Part shown: one piece after another, positions 24,507 to 37,595 of the stretch
How positions within the stretch are numbered: the stretch's first letter is position 1
Layout of the letters: each line of letters opens with the position of its first letter
Assembly (NCBI RefSeq): GCF_018350175.1
Contig: NC_058373.1
Location: forward strand, 108,936,001 to 109,000,000
Length of the DNA stretch: 64,000 bases
Reading direction: 5' to 3'
Source of the DNA: Felis catus
Taxonomy: Eukaryota
Position numbers and translations under genes: made by a program
The notes under the pieces: generated by a model
What the model was told of the DNA's origin: nothing
The model's database searches: none
What the model saw: only the letters and a program-made list of their open reading frames with translations

Positions 24507-24742
24507 CTCCAGTGTCTTTCCCATATATTCCAGGGACTTGAGCCTCCAGGAAGTCTGGACATCTGACTCTTCAACTCAGCCTGACTGCCGTGCTATAGTT
24601 GGACTCTGGCTCATTGTGCTGTGGTCAGAATATTACACCCAGGCAGGTCATTGTCTAATTATAGATCTCACCTTCAGTTTCTCAGCCCTTAAGTAGTACA
24701 TTCTTTTACTGCCTGTTGTACAGTGCCTGAATATAGTTGTTT

Positions 24743-24743
<1 letters not shown>

Positions 24744-24825
<82 letters not shown>
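24744..24825. repeat. Compound (TA)n(CA)n microsatellite
   Basis: Direct reading. Confidence 0.95.
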
Positions 24826-24827
<2 letters not shown>

Positions 24828-24943
24828 TCAATTTTTTGATTATTTATAAGAAAAGGACTAGAGGAGAGTAGTAGAGTTTTTTTTATTTATGGCTGAAAAA
24901 GCTAGTTTAGGCTTGAGGATGAGATCAATTCATATTTCTAGGT

Positions 24944-25137
24944 CAGTACTATTTAATAGAACTTTTTGAATGATGAAAATGTTTTATACCTGTGCTGCCC
25001 AATAAAGGAGCTACTAGTTGCCTGAATTTATTGAGCACTTAGAACATGGCCAGTGTAACTGAAGAACTGAATTTTTAAGTGTTATTTAAGTTTAAATAGT
25101 CACATGAGGCTAGTGACTACTATATTGGACAATACAT
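24944..25137 (+). mobile_element. MER3-like hAT MITE
   Basis: aatagaactttttgaatgatgaaaatgtt...ttgagcactt...aactgaagaactgaattttt...atagtcacatgaggctagtgactactatattggaca; TSD ttctaggt (24936-24943) / ttctaagt (25138-25145). Confidence 0.85.
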
Positions 25138-27849
25138 TTCTAAGTAAGAGGCATGGAAGTACTTAACCTGCACCAGAACAACTCCTAACTTGAATATCTT
25201 ATCTTGATATTGTTACTTGAGTCAGTTCTGTGGCTAGGTTTGCTTATTTTGTTACATACAATTTATTTGGTTATCAGATAATTGCTCTCCCCAGTCACCA
25301 TGACACATTCTTTCTCTGATATGTGTTTTCTGATATTTCTGTGTCTTCATTGCATCTAGCATCACACTGGGCTTACTCTCACTCTTCTTACCTTTCCTGA
25401 CCAAGCCTGTTTCCTTGACTTTGATTCAGAGTTTTGCTCTAAAAAAGGCTTAGTCTTAGCATTAGGTCTCTAATAAATAAATAGTAACTGTGTTCCAATC
25501 ATTTTTAAAAATACTCTGTGCCTCATTATGACTATATGTTTCTCTATTTTAACTTTTAGAGTGAACTGGATATTCACACTTAGGAGAGGTGAGAGTTTAG
25601 ATAAACATTGGGATTACTTGAATTTATTAAGAAACATAGATAATCAGACCAAAATCTAGGTTTTCCTCATATTGGCCTAAATTTATGCAATTAGAATATG
25701 TTAAAATTAAATCATTTTTACTTCTAGCTATTTTTTCAAATTCAGAATTCAATGCTCAAATAAATACACAGAAATATTAATTTTTGTCTAATTATCCACT
25801 GCAATTTACAGAAAGGGGTTTTTTGTAATTTGTTTTATTTTGTTTTTATTTTTTTGTCTATTAGATTTCAACATCAACCTCCTAGAAAGTGACATAAATA
25901 TAAAGACATGAAACATATATAAAAATGCACTATGGGATAATATAGATAGGTCTATCTAAACAAATTACAGCAAACTGCTTATTGTTACTAGCTTTTGAGA
26001 TTTTTGCTTGCAAGTTTGTGTGTATATGTGTATATGTGAGAGACAGACACACACAGAGAGATGGGGGTATCATGATTACTTAACAATTTGGTCACTTAAA
26101 TATATGAATTTTCCATTTGTAGGGACTGTATATCATCTATTTTTTTTTCATTTATAGTGTGATTATTTTATATCATTAAATATGCAATATTGGCTGATCA
26201 TTTTTTATTATACTAATTATAATTCATATATTGTCTATAACCTTTGTTTATATATAATTCTTACTCTCCACAGTTTCTTGTTTTGTGGCCTAGTCATGCC
26301 TTTATAAGTTAATAATATTAGAGAAGGATGACATAGTTGACTAATGCATTTCAGTTGTCCACTATATTTGTCACCATTGAAATACAGTGATAAAATGTTT
26401 CTATAAGTAAAAATAATTCATAGGTATTATTATTAGCTAAAACATAGGGCTAAATGAGACCATAAATAGTATTTTCCAATTTCCATATTGAAAGCAGAGC
26501 CATTGCTATTTGGCTTAAGAAAAAAAAGTCACTGTCTTTCTTCTATTTCATGAGATGCTCCTTATAATTAAGCCCATTAACTTAAGTTTATGTCCATTTT
26601 CTCTTATTCTGTAGTCAGTGGAGACTTATAAAACAGTTACTATCCAGATAAAACTCTCTTCTTACTTAAATCATATGAAATTAGTAGCATGTTGTTTGAC
26701 ATTTCCTTATATTGCGGTGTATTGTGTGGCTAAATGACTCAGTGTTTCAACTAGATGACGTGCTCTCCATAGATAAAGGTTCCATATACCTTTTCTTCTC
26801 TTGTCCTCCATAGCATCTAGTTTGGTGTTGTGCATAAAAACACTCTAGTTATTTGAAATGACACAGACCTGCCAGCTCACATACTTACAGGGTAGAAATC
26901 TGGACCTATCTCCTTAAAAGCCTGAACTCACAGTAGTCTCTCCCACCCTAGCTCTTTCACAGTATAGATTTGGACTTAAGCCCCTAATGCCTCCCAGCCT
27001 GTCTGCTGACTATTCCCAGGTAGAGGTCCTTGACTGCCTCAGACCCTCTGTTATGACTGGTCAGCAACAATATGTACCAACTGGGAACTCCTGAGGTAGT
27101 AAAAGTAATTTGGTTAGTATCAATGGGTTATTAGTCCAATTTTCACTCCTTCCAAAGGTTACATGGGTATTGTACTGTACAACTAGGGAGAGACTTGATG
27201 CACATACATACACTTAATTTGAGAGAAGTAGAGGGAATGAAAAGAAAAGGGACACAGAATCAGTTCAGTGTATATGACATTTAAAAGACTTAGAGAACAA
27301 AGCAAAGTAGAAAATGAAAATCCTAGAAGAGGGGATTTATGCTTTCAGGTTTTTGCTTCAAAATGAAATAAATTAACTTATTTAATTTATAAACTTACAC
27401 AACTTGCTGGTGTCGTGATGGTCTTAACTTATTTGATCTCATTTAACATAACTTGGAAGGGAAGGAAGATGAGCAGGGGTTAAGGACAAGAAGAATAGGA
27501 AGCAAATCAGGGTAGGGAAATGAAGTTTTGTAGATAGGACTGAGAGGTGAGACCCTGGCCAGCAGCCAGGCTGTGTCCTAGGCTGTGGCTTGAAGAGATT
27601 ACTCCCAGCAGTTGCTGGTTTACTTCTCTGCACATGGACCAGGTCTTTCAATTTATTTTCTCCATTCTCCAAAGAATTAAAGTAAAAAAAGCAAGCTTCT
27701 TTTAATGACATTACAAATGTCTATGTGCATGTTTCAAGATAAGGACTATTGCTTCCCAAACATATATTCAATCTGACCATTGATGCCAAATATTCCATTG
27801 TTGGCATAAAAAGACAAATTAGAACATTTTTTAATAAAAATACCTTTAT

Positions 27850-28070
27850 GGGCATCTTGGTGGCTCAGTTGGTCGAGTGCCCAACTCTTTATTTCAGTTC
27901 AGGTCATGATCTCATGGTTCATGAGATAGAGCTCCACCATGCTGGCAGCACATAGCCTGATTGGGAATCTCTCTCTCTGCTCTTTCCCTACTCCTGCACA
28001 TGTGATCCCTCTCTTCTCTCTAAAAAATAATTAAATAAACATTAAATAAGTGTTAAAAAATGAAAAGTTA
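27850..28070 (+). mobile_element. Can-SINE (older)
   Basis: TSD taaaaatacctttat (27835-27849) / taaaaataactttat (28071-28085). Confidence 0.92.
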
Positions 28071-29001
28071 TAAAAATAACTTTATAATTGGAATCAGTAG
28101 AAACAAAAGAATACATCACTGCTATTCTTTCTATAATAACTCACTACCAGAGTTTTGAATGTCCCAGAGACAGACAATAACATTTTTAGCATTCAGCCAT
28201 ATTATTTTCATAATGATGATGAGAAAACTTTTAGCAAAATGACCCTTTAAAACACTGATTATCATTTTAAAACCCTTGACTTGTAAGCAAATTTGTGAAA
28301 AATAATTTCTTTGTTGGGAACCAATAATAACTAGATTGACCTAAGAATACCTTTGACAGTAATTTGAAGAAAAAACATGTTGACCTCAAAGTGTATCGTA
28401 GATATATAAAATTCTAGATGCTAATAATGATTATCTTAGACATTTTGATGGCGTAAGGTGATTAATTCATAAAAAGTATTAGTCATACTCACATGAAAGA
28501 CATTCTTATACTAATCACCCTAAACAAAGTCCAGTCTAGTTTATTATCTTGTGTCTATAGTAGCACAACTAATTTGATTTCATGTAAACACTGGCTTAGT
28601 ATTAATCATTCAACAGTGTTTTATACATGTAATTTAATTTTATGCAAAGCAAACTTTCCATGCTCAATATTTGGTCCAGGCAATCAAATTTATCTATTAC
28701 TTCTATTGTCAACTTCTAAACAATTAATTATGAATGGGCTGACTCTAATTTTATAATTGTGTCATATGCAAGCAAAATTCCAGTTCTGCTATTCAATTTT
28801 GTTAAAATCTACTCACAAAAGTACAGGCAATTAAATAAGAATCTGAATTACTTATGATGTAGCAAGGCAGGTCCAGGTAAGGTTAAATTCTGGCTTCTTT
28901 AGCTTGGTCGTAAAAAAATGGATCCTAAAACTTTCTTGTATGAATTAAATGTTGGAAGGTTTCTTTATGACTAAGGATGATGAAATTAGAGAAAACAAAG
29001 A

Positions 29002-29214
29002 GGGGCACCTGGGTGGCTCACTCAGTTAAGCGTCTGACTCTTGATTTGGGCTCAGGTCATAGTCTCACAGTCATTGATGAAATAGAGCCCTGCAGTGGAT
29101 TCCCACACTGAGCATGGAGCCTGCTTGGGATTCTCTCTCTCCCTCTCTCCCCCTCCCCCACTTGTGCACATGTTCTATCTCTCTTTCAAAATGAATAAAT
29201 AAACTTAAAACAAT
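29002..29214 (+). mobile_element. Can-SINE (older)
   Basis: ggggcacctgggtggctcactc head; aacaaaga flanks at 28994-29001 and 29220-29227. Confidence 0.92.
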
Positions 29215-29607
29215 GAAATAACAAAGAATGCATAGATAGGAAATATAGCATATGCATGGATTTAGGGAAGAAATCTGGTTATTCATAATACTTTGCAATA
29301 TGTTGTCCTTACTGTACCAAAATGGTGCTTTGGACACAACCAAAAAAGTTTTGGAGTTATTTTCACAGTAAAAAAATTTTAATTGAGCTGAGCTGACCAC
29401 TTAATCTCTCTCCTGTTGTGACTGTTTTGCCATATTTGCAAGGTGGCTGGCATTAACTAGAATACTGAAATAAACCCTATAGCAGTGTATCTGTAGTATT
29501 TAATTCCATGTGTTGAATTTTTAATGTTCTTAATATTTTAATTTCAAAATTATTTTTTCTGACAACTTTTTCAGATTAGTCCTTTGTTACTTTAAGAGTG
29601 CAGTATC

Positions 29608-29824
29608 AGGGCACCTGGGTGGCTCAGTCGGTTAAGAATCTGACTTTGACTCAGGTCATGATCTTGAGGTCAGTGAGTTTGAGCCCCGTGTCAGGCTCTG
29701 TGCTGACAGCTCAGAGCCTGGAGCCTGCTTTGGATTCTGTCTCCCTCTCTCTCTGCCCCTCCCAAGCTCACACTCTGTTCTCTCTGTCTCTCAAAAATGA
29801 ATAAACGTTAAAAAGATTTTTAAA
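29608..29824 (+). mobile_element. Can-SINE
   Basis: TSD agtgcagtatc at 29597-29607 and 29828-29838. Confidence 0.95.
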
Positions 29825-30160
29825 AAAAGTGCAGTATCTATCCTTTCCAATCTTTATGAGCATACCAATTAGAATTATTTTTCTTTCCCATAGTTACCTC
29901 TAATTTTTTTGGTAGCATTTTTTCTGTTACTTCATATTGGATTTCTTTTGTTTTGCTTATTTATTTTAAGTATTTGGTGATATTTGGTTTTCCATTTAAT
30001 AATGAAAGGTAACTGACATCTACATAATACAAAAAAATTTTTAAACAAATAAATATAACTATGATGATACATAGAACTCCTGTTTTCATATAGGTTACAC
30101 AATATGTTTTTCCCCATTTATATTTTTACTTCCTAATGTGAATTAAAATTAAAAATAGAT

Positions 30161-30751
30161 CTACCCTATGACCCAGCAATAGCACTGCTAGGAATTTACC
30201 CAAGGGATACAGGAGTGCTGATGCAGAGGGACACTTGTACCCCAATGTTTATAGCAGCACTCTCGACAATAGCCAAATTATGGAAAGAGCCTAAATGTCC
30301 ATCAACTGATGAATGGTAAAGAAATTGTGGTTTATATACACAATGGAATACTACATGGCAATGAGAAAGAATGAAATATGGCCTTTTGTAGCAATGTGGA
30401 TGGAACTGGAGAGTGTGATGCTAAGTGAAATAAGTCATACAGAGAAAGACAGATACCATATGTTTTCATTCTTATGTGGATCCTGAGAAACTTAACAGAA
30501 TACCATGGGGGAGGGAAAGGAAAAAAAAATTAGGGAGGGAGCCAAAGCATAAGAGACTCTTAAAAACTGAGAACAAACTGAGGGTTGATGGGGGGTGGGA
30601 GGGAAGGGTGGGTGGGTGATGGATGTTGAGGAGGGTACCTGTTAGGATGAGCACTGGGTGTTGTATGGAAACCAATGTGACAATAAATTTCACATTAAAA
30701 AAATTCAAATATAAATACATACATACATACATACATACATACATACATAAA
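30161..30751 (+). mobile_element. 5'-truncated feline L1; tail expanded to (ACAT)n
   Basis: ctaccctatgacccagcaatagcactgctagg...gacaataaatttcacatt; TSD taaaaatagat at 30150-30160 and 30752-30762. Confidence 0.95.
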
Positions 30752-32270
30752 TAAAAATAGATATTGAACACATATTTTGGGGAATAACTTAAAATTTAAG
30801 TACACAGAATTAAAAGAGTAACAGAGGCACTTATGCTTCTAGACATTTTTAGGATAAGTTATATAGCTCATGTAGCACAGTGAGAAAAATATGGGGAAAA
30901 ACAGTGCTTCAGTGACCTGTGAGACAGTATAAAATTGCCTTATATAGATTAATTGGAGTCCTAAAAGGGGACAGTGTACAATAGGAAAAAAAATTGAAAA
31001 AAAATGGCTGAAATTTTTCAAATCTAATTAATCCTAAGTATCCCAGAAGCTCAGTGAACTCCAGATAAGAAAAACCTATTTTAAAATCACACCCGGAGAT
31101 ATTTTTATCAAATTACTGAACTAGTGATAAAGAGAAAAATCATAAAATCATCCAGGGAAGGAAAATTATTTGAAGTGAAAACTTGGATCCATACAAAATA
31201 ATAATGTGTACCGTAAAATGTTAAATGTATTAGAAAACATAAACGGCTTTTTTCACTTTTCTAAATTTTTTTAAAGGTAATTGTTCAAAGCAAAAATAAT
31301 ATCAATGTATTTTGGCTATATCATCACAGATAGAAATAAAAGATATTTAAAATAATACTACAAAAAATAAGAAGGGTACGTGGAAACATACTGCCCTAAG
31401 TTTCTTGTAGTATTTGAGAAATACTATGTTATTCTTTGAAGGTACATCATGATAAGTTGAATATTTTAATTCTCGAAAGCAACCACTTATTTAATGTGAA
31501 GAGGTATAACAAAGCCCAAAGGAGAGATAAGTGGAATGCTAATAGATACTAACTTACTTCAATAAAATACAGGAAAATAGGAAAAGTAGAATAAACAATA
31601 TGAGACAAAAAGAATACAAATATAAAGTTGTGGACTTAAACTTAGCCATATAAATAATTGCATTAATTATAAACATCCTGAACACTTGAAAGGCAGAGGT
31701 TGCCCTACAGGATAAACAAGACCTAAATATGCTGTCTACCAGAAACACATTTTAAATATAAATAAATATATAACCTTAAAGGATTAAAAAAAGATATTTT
31801 ATGAAACACATAAGAAAATTGGAGTCACTATGTTAATACCAAAGAGAACTGTAGAACATAGGGTATTACAATACAAAATGGGTGACATTTCATAATGATA
31901 AAGGGCTAATTCATCAAAGCAACATAAAATTACTAAATGTGTATGTAAAAAGATCCACATACATGAAGCTTCAAAGTACAATGAAGCAAAAACACAACCG
32001 AAGGGAGAAAGGTGTAATTCCAAAATTATATTTGGATACTTCAGTAATTAATATCCCTTATTCAGTAATTAATAGAAATAGACAGAAAATCCAAAAGGCA
32101 ATAGGAGAAGTGAAAAACCATGTTAACAAATTTGAACTAACTGATATTTATAAGATGGTCCACCCAACACCTACAGAATAAGTGGTCTTTTCGAATGCAA
32201 AAAAAAAAAAAAAAAAAAAAAAAATCACCAAAACAGACCAGGTGCTGTGCTGTAAAACAGGATTCATTAA

Positions 32271-32468
32271 TTTTTTTTAACATTTATTTATTTTTGAGAG
32301 AGAGAGAGAGACAGGTCATGACCTCACAGTTTGTGAGTTCAAGTCCTGGTTGGGCTGTGTGCTGACAGCATGGAGACTGCTTGGGATTCTCTCTCTACTC
32401 CCTCTCTGTCCTTCTGCTCTCATGAATGCTTGCTCATTCTCTCACTCTCTTTCAATAAATAAATAAAT
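32271..32468. mobile_element. Chimeric Can-SINE: antisense tail (32271-32314) fused to a head-less sense SINE (32312-32468)
   Basis: ttttttttaacatttatttatttttgagagagagagagagacag then gtcatgacctcacagtttgtgagttcaag...caataaataaataaat. Confidence 0.88.
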
Positions 32469-32855
32469 AGAAATAATACAGAGTATATTCTCTCATCATA
32501 AAAGACTCAAACCAGAAATAAATAGCAAAATATTTCTCAAAAATCTCCTAATACTTGGACAATAAATGACAAAATTCTAAACAGCCTATGGATCAAATAA
32601 GAAGTAATAAGGTAATTTTAAAAATATAGGAAGAATGATGATAAAATACATTAAATCAAAATTTGTGGAATGCTACTAAAGCAAGAATTAGAGGGAAATG
32701 TGTAAATTAAAATTCTCAGAAAAGAAGATAGGGCTAAATAAATTATTTAAAATTCCACTTTAAAACCTTTGAAAAAGAAGAGAATATTAAACCAAAAGTA
32801 AGGAGAAGGGAAGAAATGAATATATTTTAAGAATATATAAAATAAGAAAAAAAAA

Positions 32856-33079
32856 GGGGGCTCTGGGTGGCCCAATCGGTTAAGCATCCAACTTCGGCTC
32901 TGGTCATGATCTCACAGTCCGTGAGTTCGAGCCCCGCGTCGGGCTCTGTGCTGACTGCTCAGAGCCTGGAGCCTGCTTCAAATTCTGTGTCTCCCTCTCT
33001 CTCTCTGCCCCTGCCCCACTCAGGCTCTGTCTCTGTCTCTCTCTTGCAAAAATAAATAAACATTAAAAAATTTTTTTTC
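32856..33079 (+). mobile_element. Feline Can-SINE
   Basis: gtgagttcgagccccgcgtcgggctctgtg; TSD aataagaaaaa at 32841-32851 and 33080-33090. Confidence 0.95.
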
Positions 33080-33749
33080 AATAAGAAAAATGAATCAATG
33101 GAACCAAAATATGTCTTTGAAAATTATCTATAGAGTAAAAAGGAGAAAGAGAAGACATACAAGTGAACTAGAAGCAGAAATATCAGGATTGAGAGAATGG
33201 GCATCACTATAGATACTATAGACATTAAAAGGATAGTAAGGACAGTTTTGCTCAAATTTTCCCAATAAGTTTGGCAACCTAGATAAAACTTATGGAATCC
33301 TCAAATGACACATTTTATTAATATTGACACCAGAAAAAATAGAAAATATGAATAACCCCACAGCTCTCAAAAAATGACTTTAAAATTTCCACAAGAAAAC
33401 TCTAGCCTCACGTGGTTTTACTGGTTAATTCTGTTAACACTTAAGAATAAATAATGACAGTCATACATAAACTCAATATTTTAATAAGGAAATTTTTCAA
33501 CAAGTTTATTGAGGTGAGCAATACCCTGATATCAAAACCAGACAAATACATTAAAAGAAAATTATAAATACCACTCATAATTATAGACGCAAAAACCCTT
33601 AACAGATTTTAACAAATTGATTCTAGCACTATATAAAAAAGAGAATTTGTTATGATCAAGGTAGATTTATTTCAAGAATATGGGATTAGCTTATTCAAAA
33701 AAATCTATCAGTGTAAATCACCATATTAACAGTAAAAGAACTGTATTAT

Positions 33750-33863
33750 GAACTCAGTGGAGTACATAATATATAAATTTTTCAACTCATTAAGTTGTAC
33801 ACTTGAAACTAATGCACTATTGTGTGTTAACTATACTCAAATAAAAATAATAATAAAATAAAA
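33750..33863 (+). mobile_element. Very short carnivore L1 3' end
   Basis: gttgtacacttgaaactaatgcactattgtgtgttaactatactcaaataaaaataa. Confidence 0.7.
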
Positions 33864-34269
33864 ACCTGCCCCTTCACATTGAGATTTGGGCAAGGATATG
33901 CACCCTTACCACTATATTAAGTGTTGTACATGAGGTTCCAGATAGTGCAATAAGTGAAGAAAAAGAAATAAAAGACTTACAGATAGTGAAAAATGAGAAG
34001 GTAGTCTATACACAGATAACATGATTTGTTTACATAAAAAATCCTAAGGTATCCACATAAATGCCATTTAGCAAGTTTTTAGGATACAAGGTTAATATAC
34101 AATTTTTTTTAAGTTTTTGTGTATACTAGCAATGAACAATTGAAAAAGGAAACTAACAGAGAAACTAGTTGAAATGAATGTATCTGACAAAGGATCTTTA
34201 TCCAGAATATATAGAGAATTCATAATATTAAGGAGACAAATTACTAAATAAAAAATGGGTAGTAAGAAA

Positions 34270-34688
34270 ATGTCCAGTTTCCAAGCTTATGTATAATGAC
34301 CTTAAAAATCATCATTCTCATCCTCACGACAAGAAAATGCTGAACAGACTGAAGATCAACAACTTTTCTTATCCATCAGAGAATCAAGGTCGCAGGGCAA
34401 ACTGCTGCTCTGGAATTTAGAGACAGACAGGCAGACACAGAGAATCACAGAGTGCAGAGAGTGGAAGCCCACAGCTGGAGCTAGTATCAGTGAGAACAGT
34501 TTCAGCTGTAATTGACAAATAGCTGGAGGCTCAGTCTATGCTAGCCTGAGAGCACACTAGCTTGAGTCTATACTAGCTTGAGAGTATAAATTTGCCAGGC
34601 AGGTCCCCACACTTTTGTGAGTTTTACCTCCTAGAACCCCACCAGGTTCTCACTGGGAAGATCAGAAAAAAATTTCTTTGTGCTTCTG
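34270..34688 (+). mobile_element. L1M4/L1MC-type 5' end fragment
   Basis: tcctcacgacaagaaaatgctgaacagactgaagatcaacaacttttctt...atcagagaatcaaggtcgcagggcaaactgctgc resembles old L1 5' UTR consensus. Confidence 0.6.
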
Positions 34689-34715
34689 AAATGGATAAAA
34701 AGAAGTGGTATTCCT

Positions 34716-34886
34716 GGAGCACCTGGGTGGCTCAATCAGTTAAGTGTCTAACTCTTGGTTTCAGCTCAGGTCATGATCTCACAGTTCATGAGTTAGAGCC
34801 CCACATCGGGCTCTGTGCTGATAGTGCATAGCCTGCTTGGTATTCTCTCTCTCCCTCTTTCTCTGCCCCTCCCCTGCTCGCTCGCT

Positions 34887-34917
<31 letters not shown>

Positions 34918-34937
34918 AAAGTAAAGAAAAAGAAAAG
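34716..34937 (+). mobile_element. Can-SINE
   Basis: TSD gaagtggtattcct at 34702-34715 and 34938-34951. Confidence 0.95.
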
Positions 34938-36058
34938 GAAGTGGTATTCCTATACAATGGAATGATGTTCAGCAAGAAAAAGGAACAAACTATATACAAA
35001 AACATCAATGACTACCAAAAACATTATGCTGAATAAAGTAAGTTACACACAGGAGTACATATATTATGATTCCATTTACATGAAATTTTAATCTAGAATG
35101 ACAGAAAGTATATCAGTGGTTGCTTGGGGCCAAGGTATGGAAATTGCTGCAAAGAGCCATTAAGAACTCTGTGGTTTAAAGGAAATATACATATTTATCA
35201 AAAGTCACTAAACTTCACTTAAAATGAGTGTACTTTATGTAAATTGTCCTAAAATTGACTCTAAAAAACACTATAATGAATTTTTAGTGGGGGTGGAGAT
35301 TTACAAGCTGATTCTATAATTCATGTGGAAAAAATAAGAATATCCAGAAAAATTCTGAAATATAAGAATAACAATGCCTTGGCAAAGCAGTTGTCTCCAA
35401 ATTTCTAAGAATTGAAATACATGAAGTCCACATTCTACAATAATATTTATTATATTTTCTTAAGCCAAATATTATATTTCTGAGGAAACAGGGCTGATAA
35501 AGTTTCAATATAAAATGTGTTAAGTGAAATATTTCAGCATTTGAATATTCCTATCATTAAAATGTTAGCAATATCTATTTTATGCTTGAATTGGTATTTT
35601 AACTAAAATGTTCTAATACCACAGTGGCACAAATGTGTTTAAGTTAAATTTAAAACATTTTCCTGGATTATAGAATGGCCTGGGAGACAGGTTAATGTGA
35701 AAATGGTCAGCTATGAATCTACTGATCTAATGAGCAGAAATTTCAGTTGATTATTAAATGAGCAGTGAACTTAATGCAATTAAACTTAGTGCAGTTATTA
35801 AACTAACAGTATTCATTAAATATTAAACTCTTACAGAGGCTTGTTACAAGGCCTGTTCTATAATGTATCATACACCTCATCTCGCATGGAACTGAATAAA
35901 TATCTCAATCTTCAGTACAGTATAGAACCTGACTGGACTTCCTTCTGTAAGTATTGGTCCAGAATAGATCTGACTGACCTGTTAGAAGAATAAGAAATTA
36001 TTCAGGATTAAAGAGAGAAAATTTCAAGATCTTCCACCCTTTGAGTCTCAGTCTTTGT

Positions 36059-36068
36059 TCTCTCTCTT

Positions 36069-36104
<36 letters not shown>

Positions 36105-36204
36105 CCTCCTCCCTCCCTCTCTTTCTCTCTCAGGATGCATTAAATATTCAACTCGTACAGCAAGTTTATAATTTGTAGTTGTAGCATAGAGACTACATGA
36201 GATC

Positions 36205-36244
<40 letters not shown>
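36059..36244. repeat. (CT)n tract (36059-36130) and (TA)n tract (36207-36244)
   Basis: Direct reading. Confidence 0.9.
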
Positions 36245-36824
36245 GCACATATTTATTTGTTTATCAATATATATGATAGGTAAAGAATATGTATATGTAT
36301 GAATCACATATACATGATCAGAGAACCTTCATATCTAGCTAGAAAAACATGTCACTTGCCAAAAGATGTTCGTTAAAATACGCACCAGTGGAAGTTAGTT
36401 CACTGTGAACTCAATGAATTGCTTGTCCTGGAATATCTACATCAGATAAGATCATAAAATCAATACTAATATACTGGGATTATAAATTTGGCTTACCACT
36501 TGTTTGAAAGAAAAAAAATTAAACTAGGACTCCTGTTACATTACTTACTAAATATTCTTTTGGATAGGATAGTTGAATTTTACCTAGGAAATATATTTAT
36601 TGTTAAGAAATTTTTAATTAATGGACGCCAAATGCAAAAAAATTTAAAAAGGGATAAAATGAAATGTGTCTCTATTTGGACAAGATTTTTTTTCTCACGA
36701 TGGTGATTCACAGGTTTTCAATGCACTTTGGAAGTCTATAATTTCCCAGCATTTCTTAAACAACAGAACTGCAAATCACTAGTTCTTCATTTCCGTGGAA
36801 TTAAAGAATGACTTCTGGCAGATT

Positions 36825-37009
36825 AATATGGAAAACCTAGGTTTCAGTTCTCATCTCTTTTCAACTTTGACCTTGGGCAAGTCACTCAGTCTCCCTGTTT
36901 TAGGTTCTTCATCTGTAAAATGGGGATAAGTAATACTCTTGCCTTGGAAGGGTTGATAGGAGGCAACAAAATAATAAAATGTGAAAGGACTTTTAAAATG
37001 ATGCTTTGT
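36825..37009 (+). mobile_element. MIR
   Basis: tgaccttgggcaagtcactcagtctc...tcttcatctgtaaaatggggataa MIR core. Confidence 0.85.
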
Positions 37010-37595
37010 CCACTACTAGGAATTTATCTAAAGGATATAGTAGTGGTGATTTATAGGGGCACATGTACACCAATGTTTATAGCAGCATTTTCAACAATAG
37101 CCAAATTATGGAAAGAGCCTAAATGTCCATCAACTGATGAATGGATAAAGAAGATGTAGTTTATATATACAATGGAATACTACTTGGCAATGAGAAGGAA
37201 TGAAATCATGCCATTTGCAGCAACATTGATGGAGCTGGAGGGTATTATGCTAAGTGAAGTAATTCAGTCAGAGAAAGAGAGATAGCATATGTTTTCACTC
37301 ATATGTGGAACTTGAGAAACTTAAGACCATGGGGGAAAGGAAGGGGAAAAAAATAATTACAAACAGAGAGGGAGGGAGGCAAAACATAAGAGACAATTAA
37401 ATACTGAGAACTAACTGAGGGTTGGTTGGGGTGGGCAGGGGAGAGGGGGAAATGGGTGATGGGCATCAAGGAGGGCACTTGTTGGGATGAGCGCTGGGTG
37501 TTGTATGTAAGCGATGAATCATGGGAATCTACCCCCCAAACCAAGAGCACACTGTATACACTGTTAGCCAACTAGACAATAAATTATGTTTTTAA
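37010..37595 (+). mobile_element. 5'-truncated feline L1
   Basis: LLGIY...GTCTPMFIAAFSTIAKLWKEPKCPSTDEWIKKM plus 3' UTR; TSD aaaatgatgctttgt (36995-37009) / aaaatgtagctttgt (37596-37610). Confidence 0.95.

Larger units (their letters stand above)
30770..35280 (+). mobile_element. Fragmented ancient L1M (ORF1/ORF2/3' UTR remnants) hosting several SINEs and L1 pieces
   Basis: cccagaagctcagtgaactcc (ORF1), catttcataatgataaagggctaattcatcaa (EN; ORF FHNDKGLIHQ), gacatt aaaaggatagtaag, tagcaagtttttaggatacaaggttaatatacaa (RT), 3' UTR tatgattccatttacatgaaat. Confidence 0.75.
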
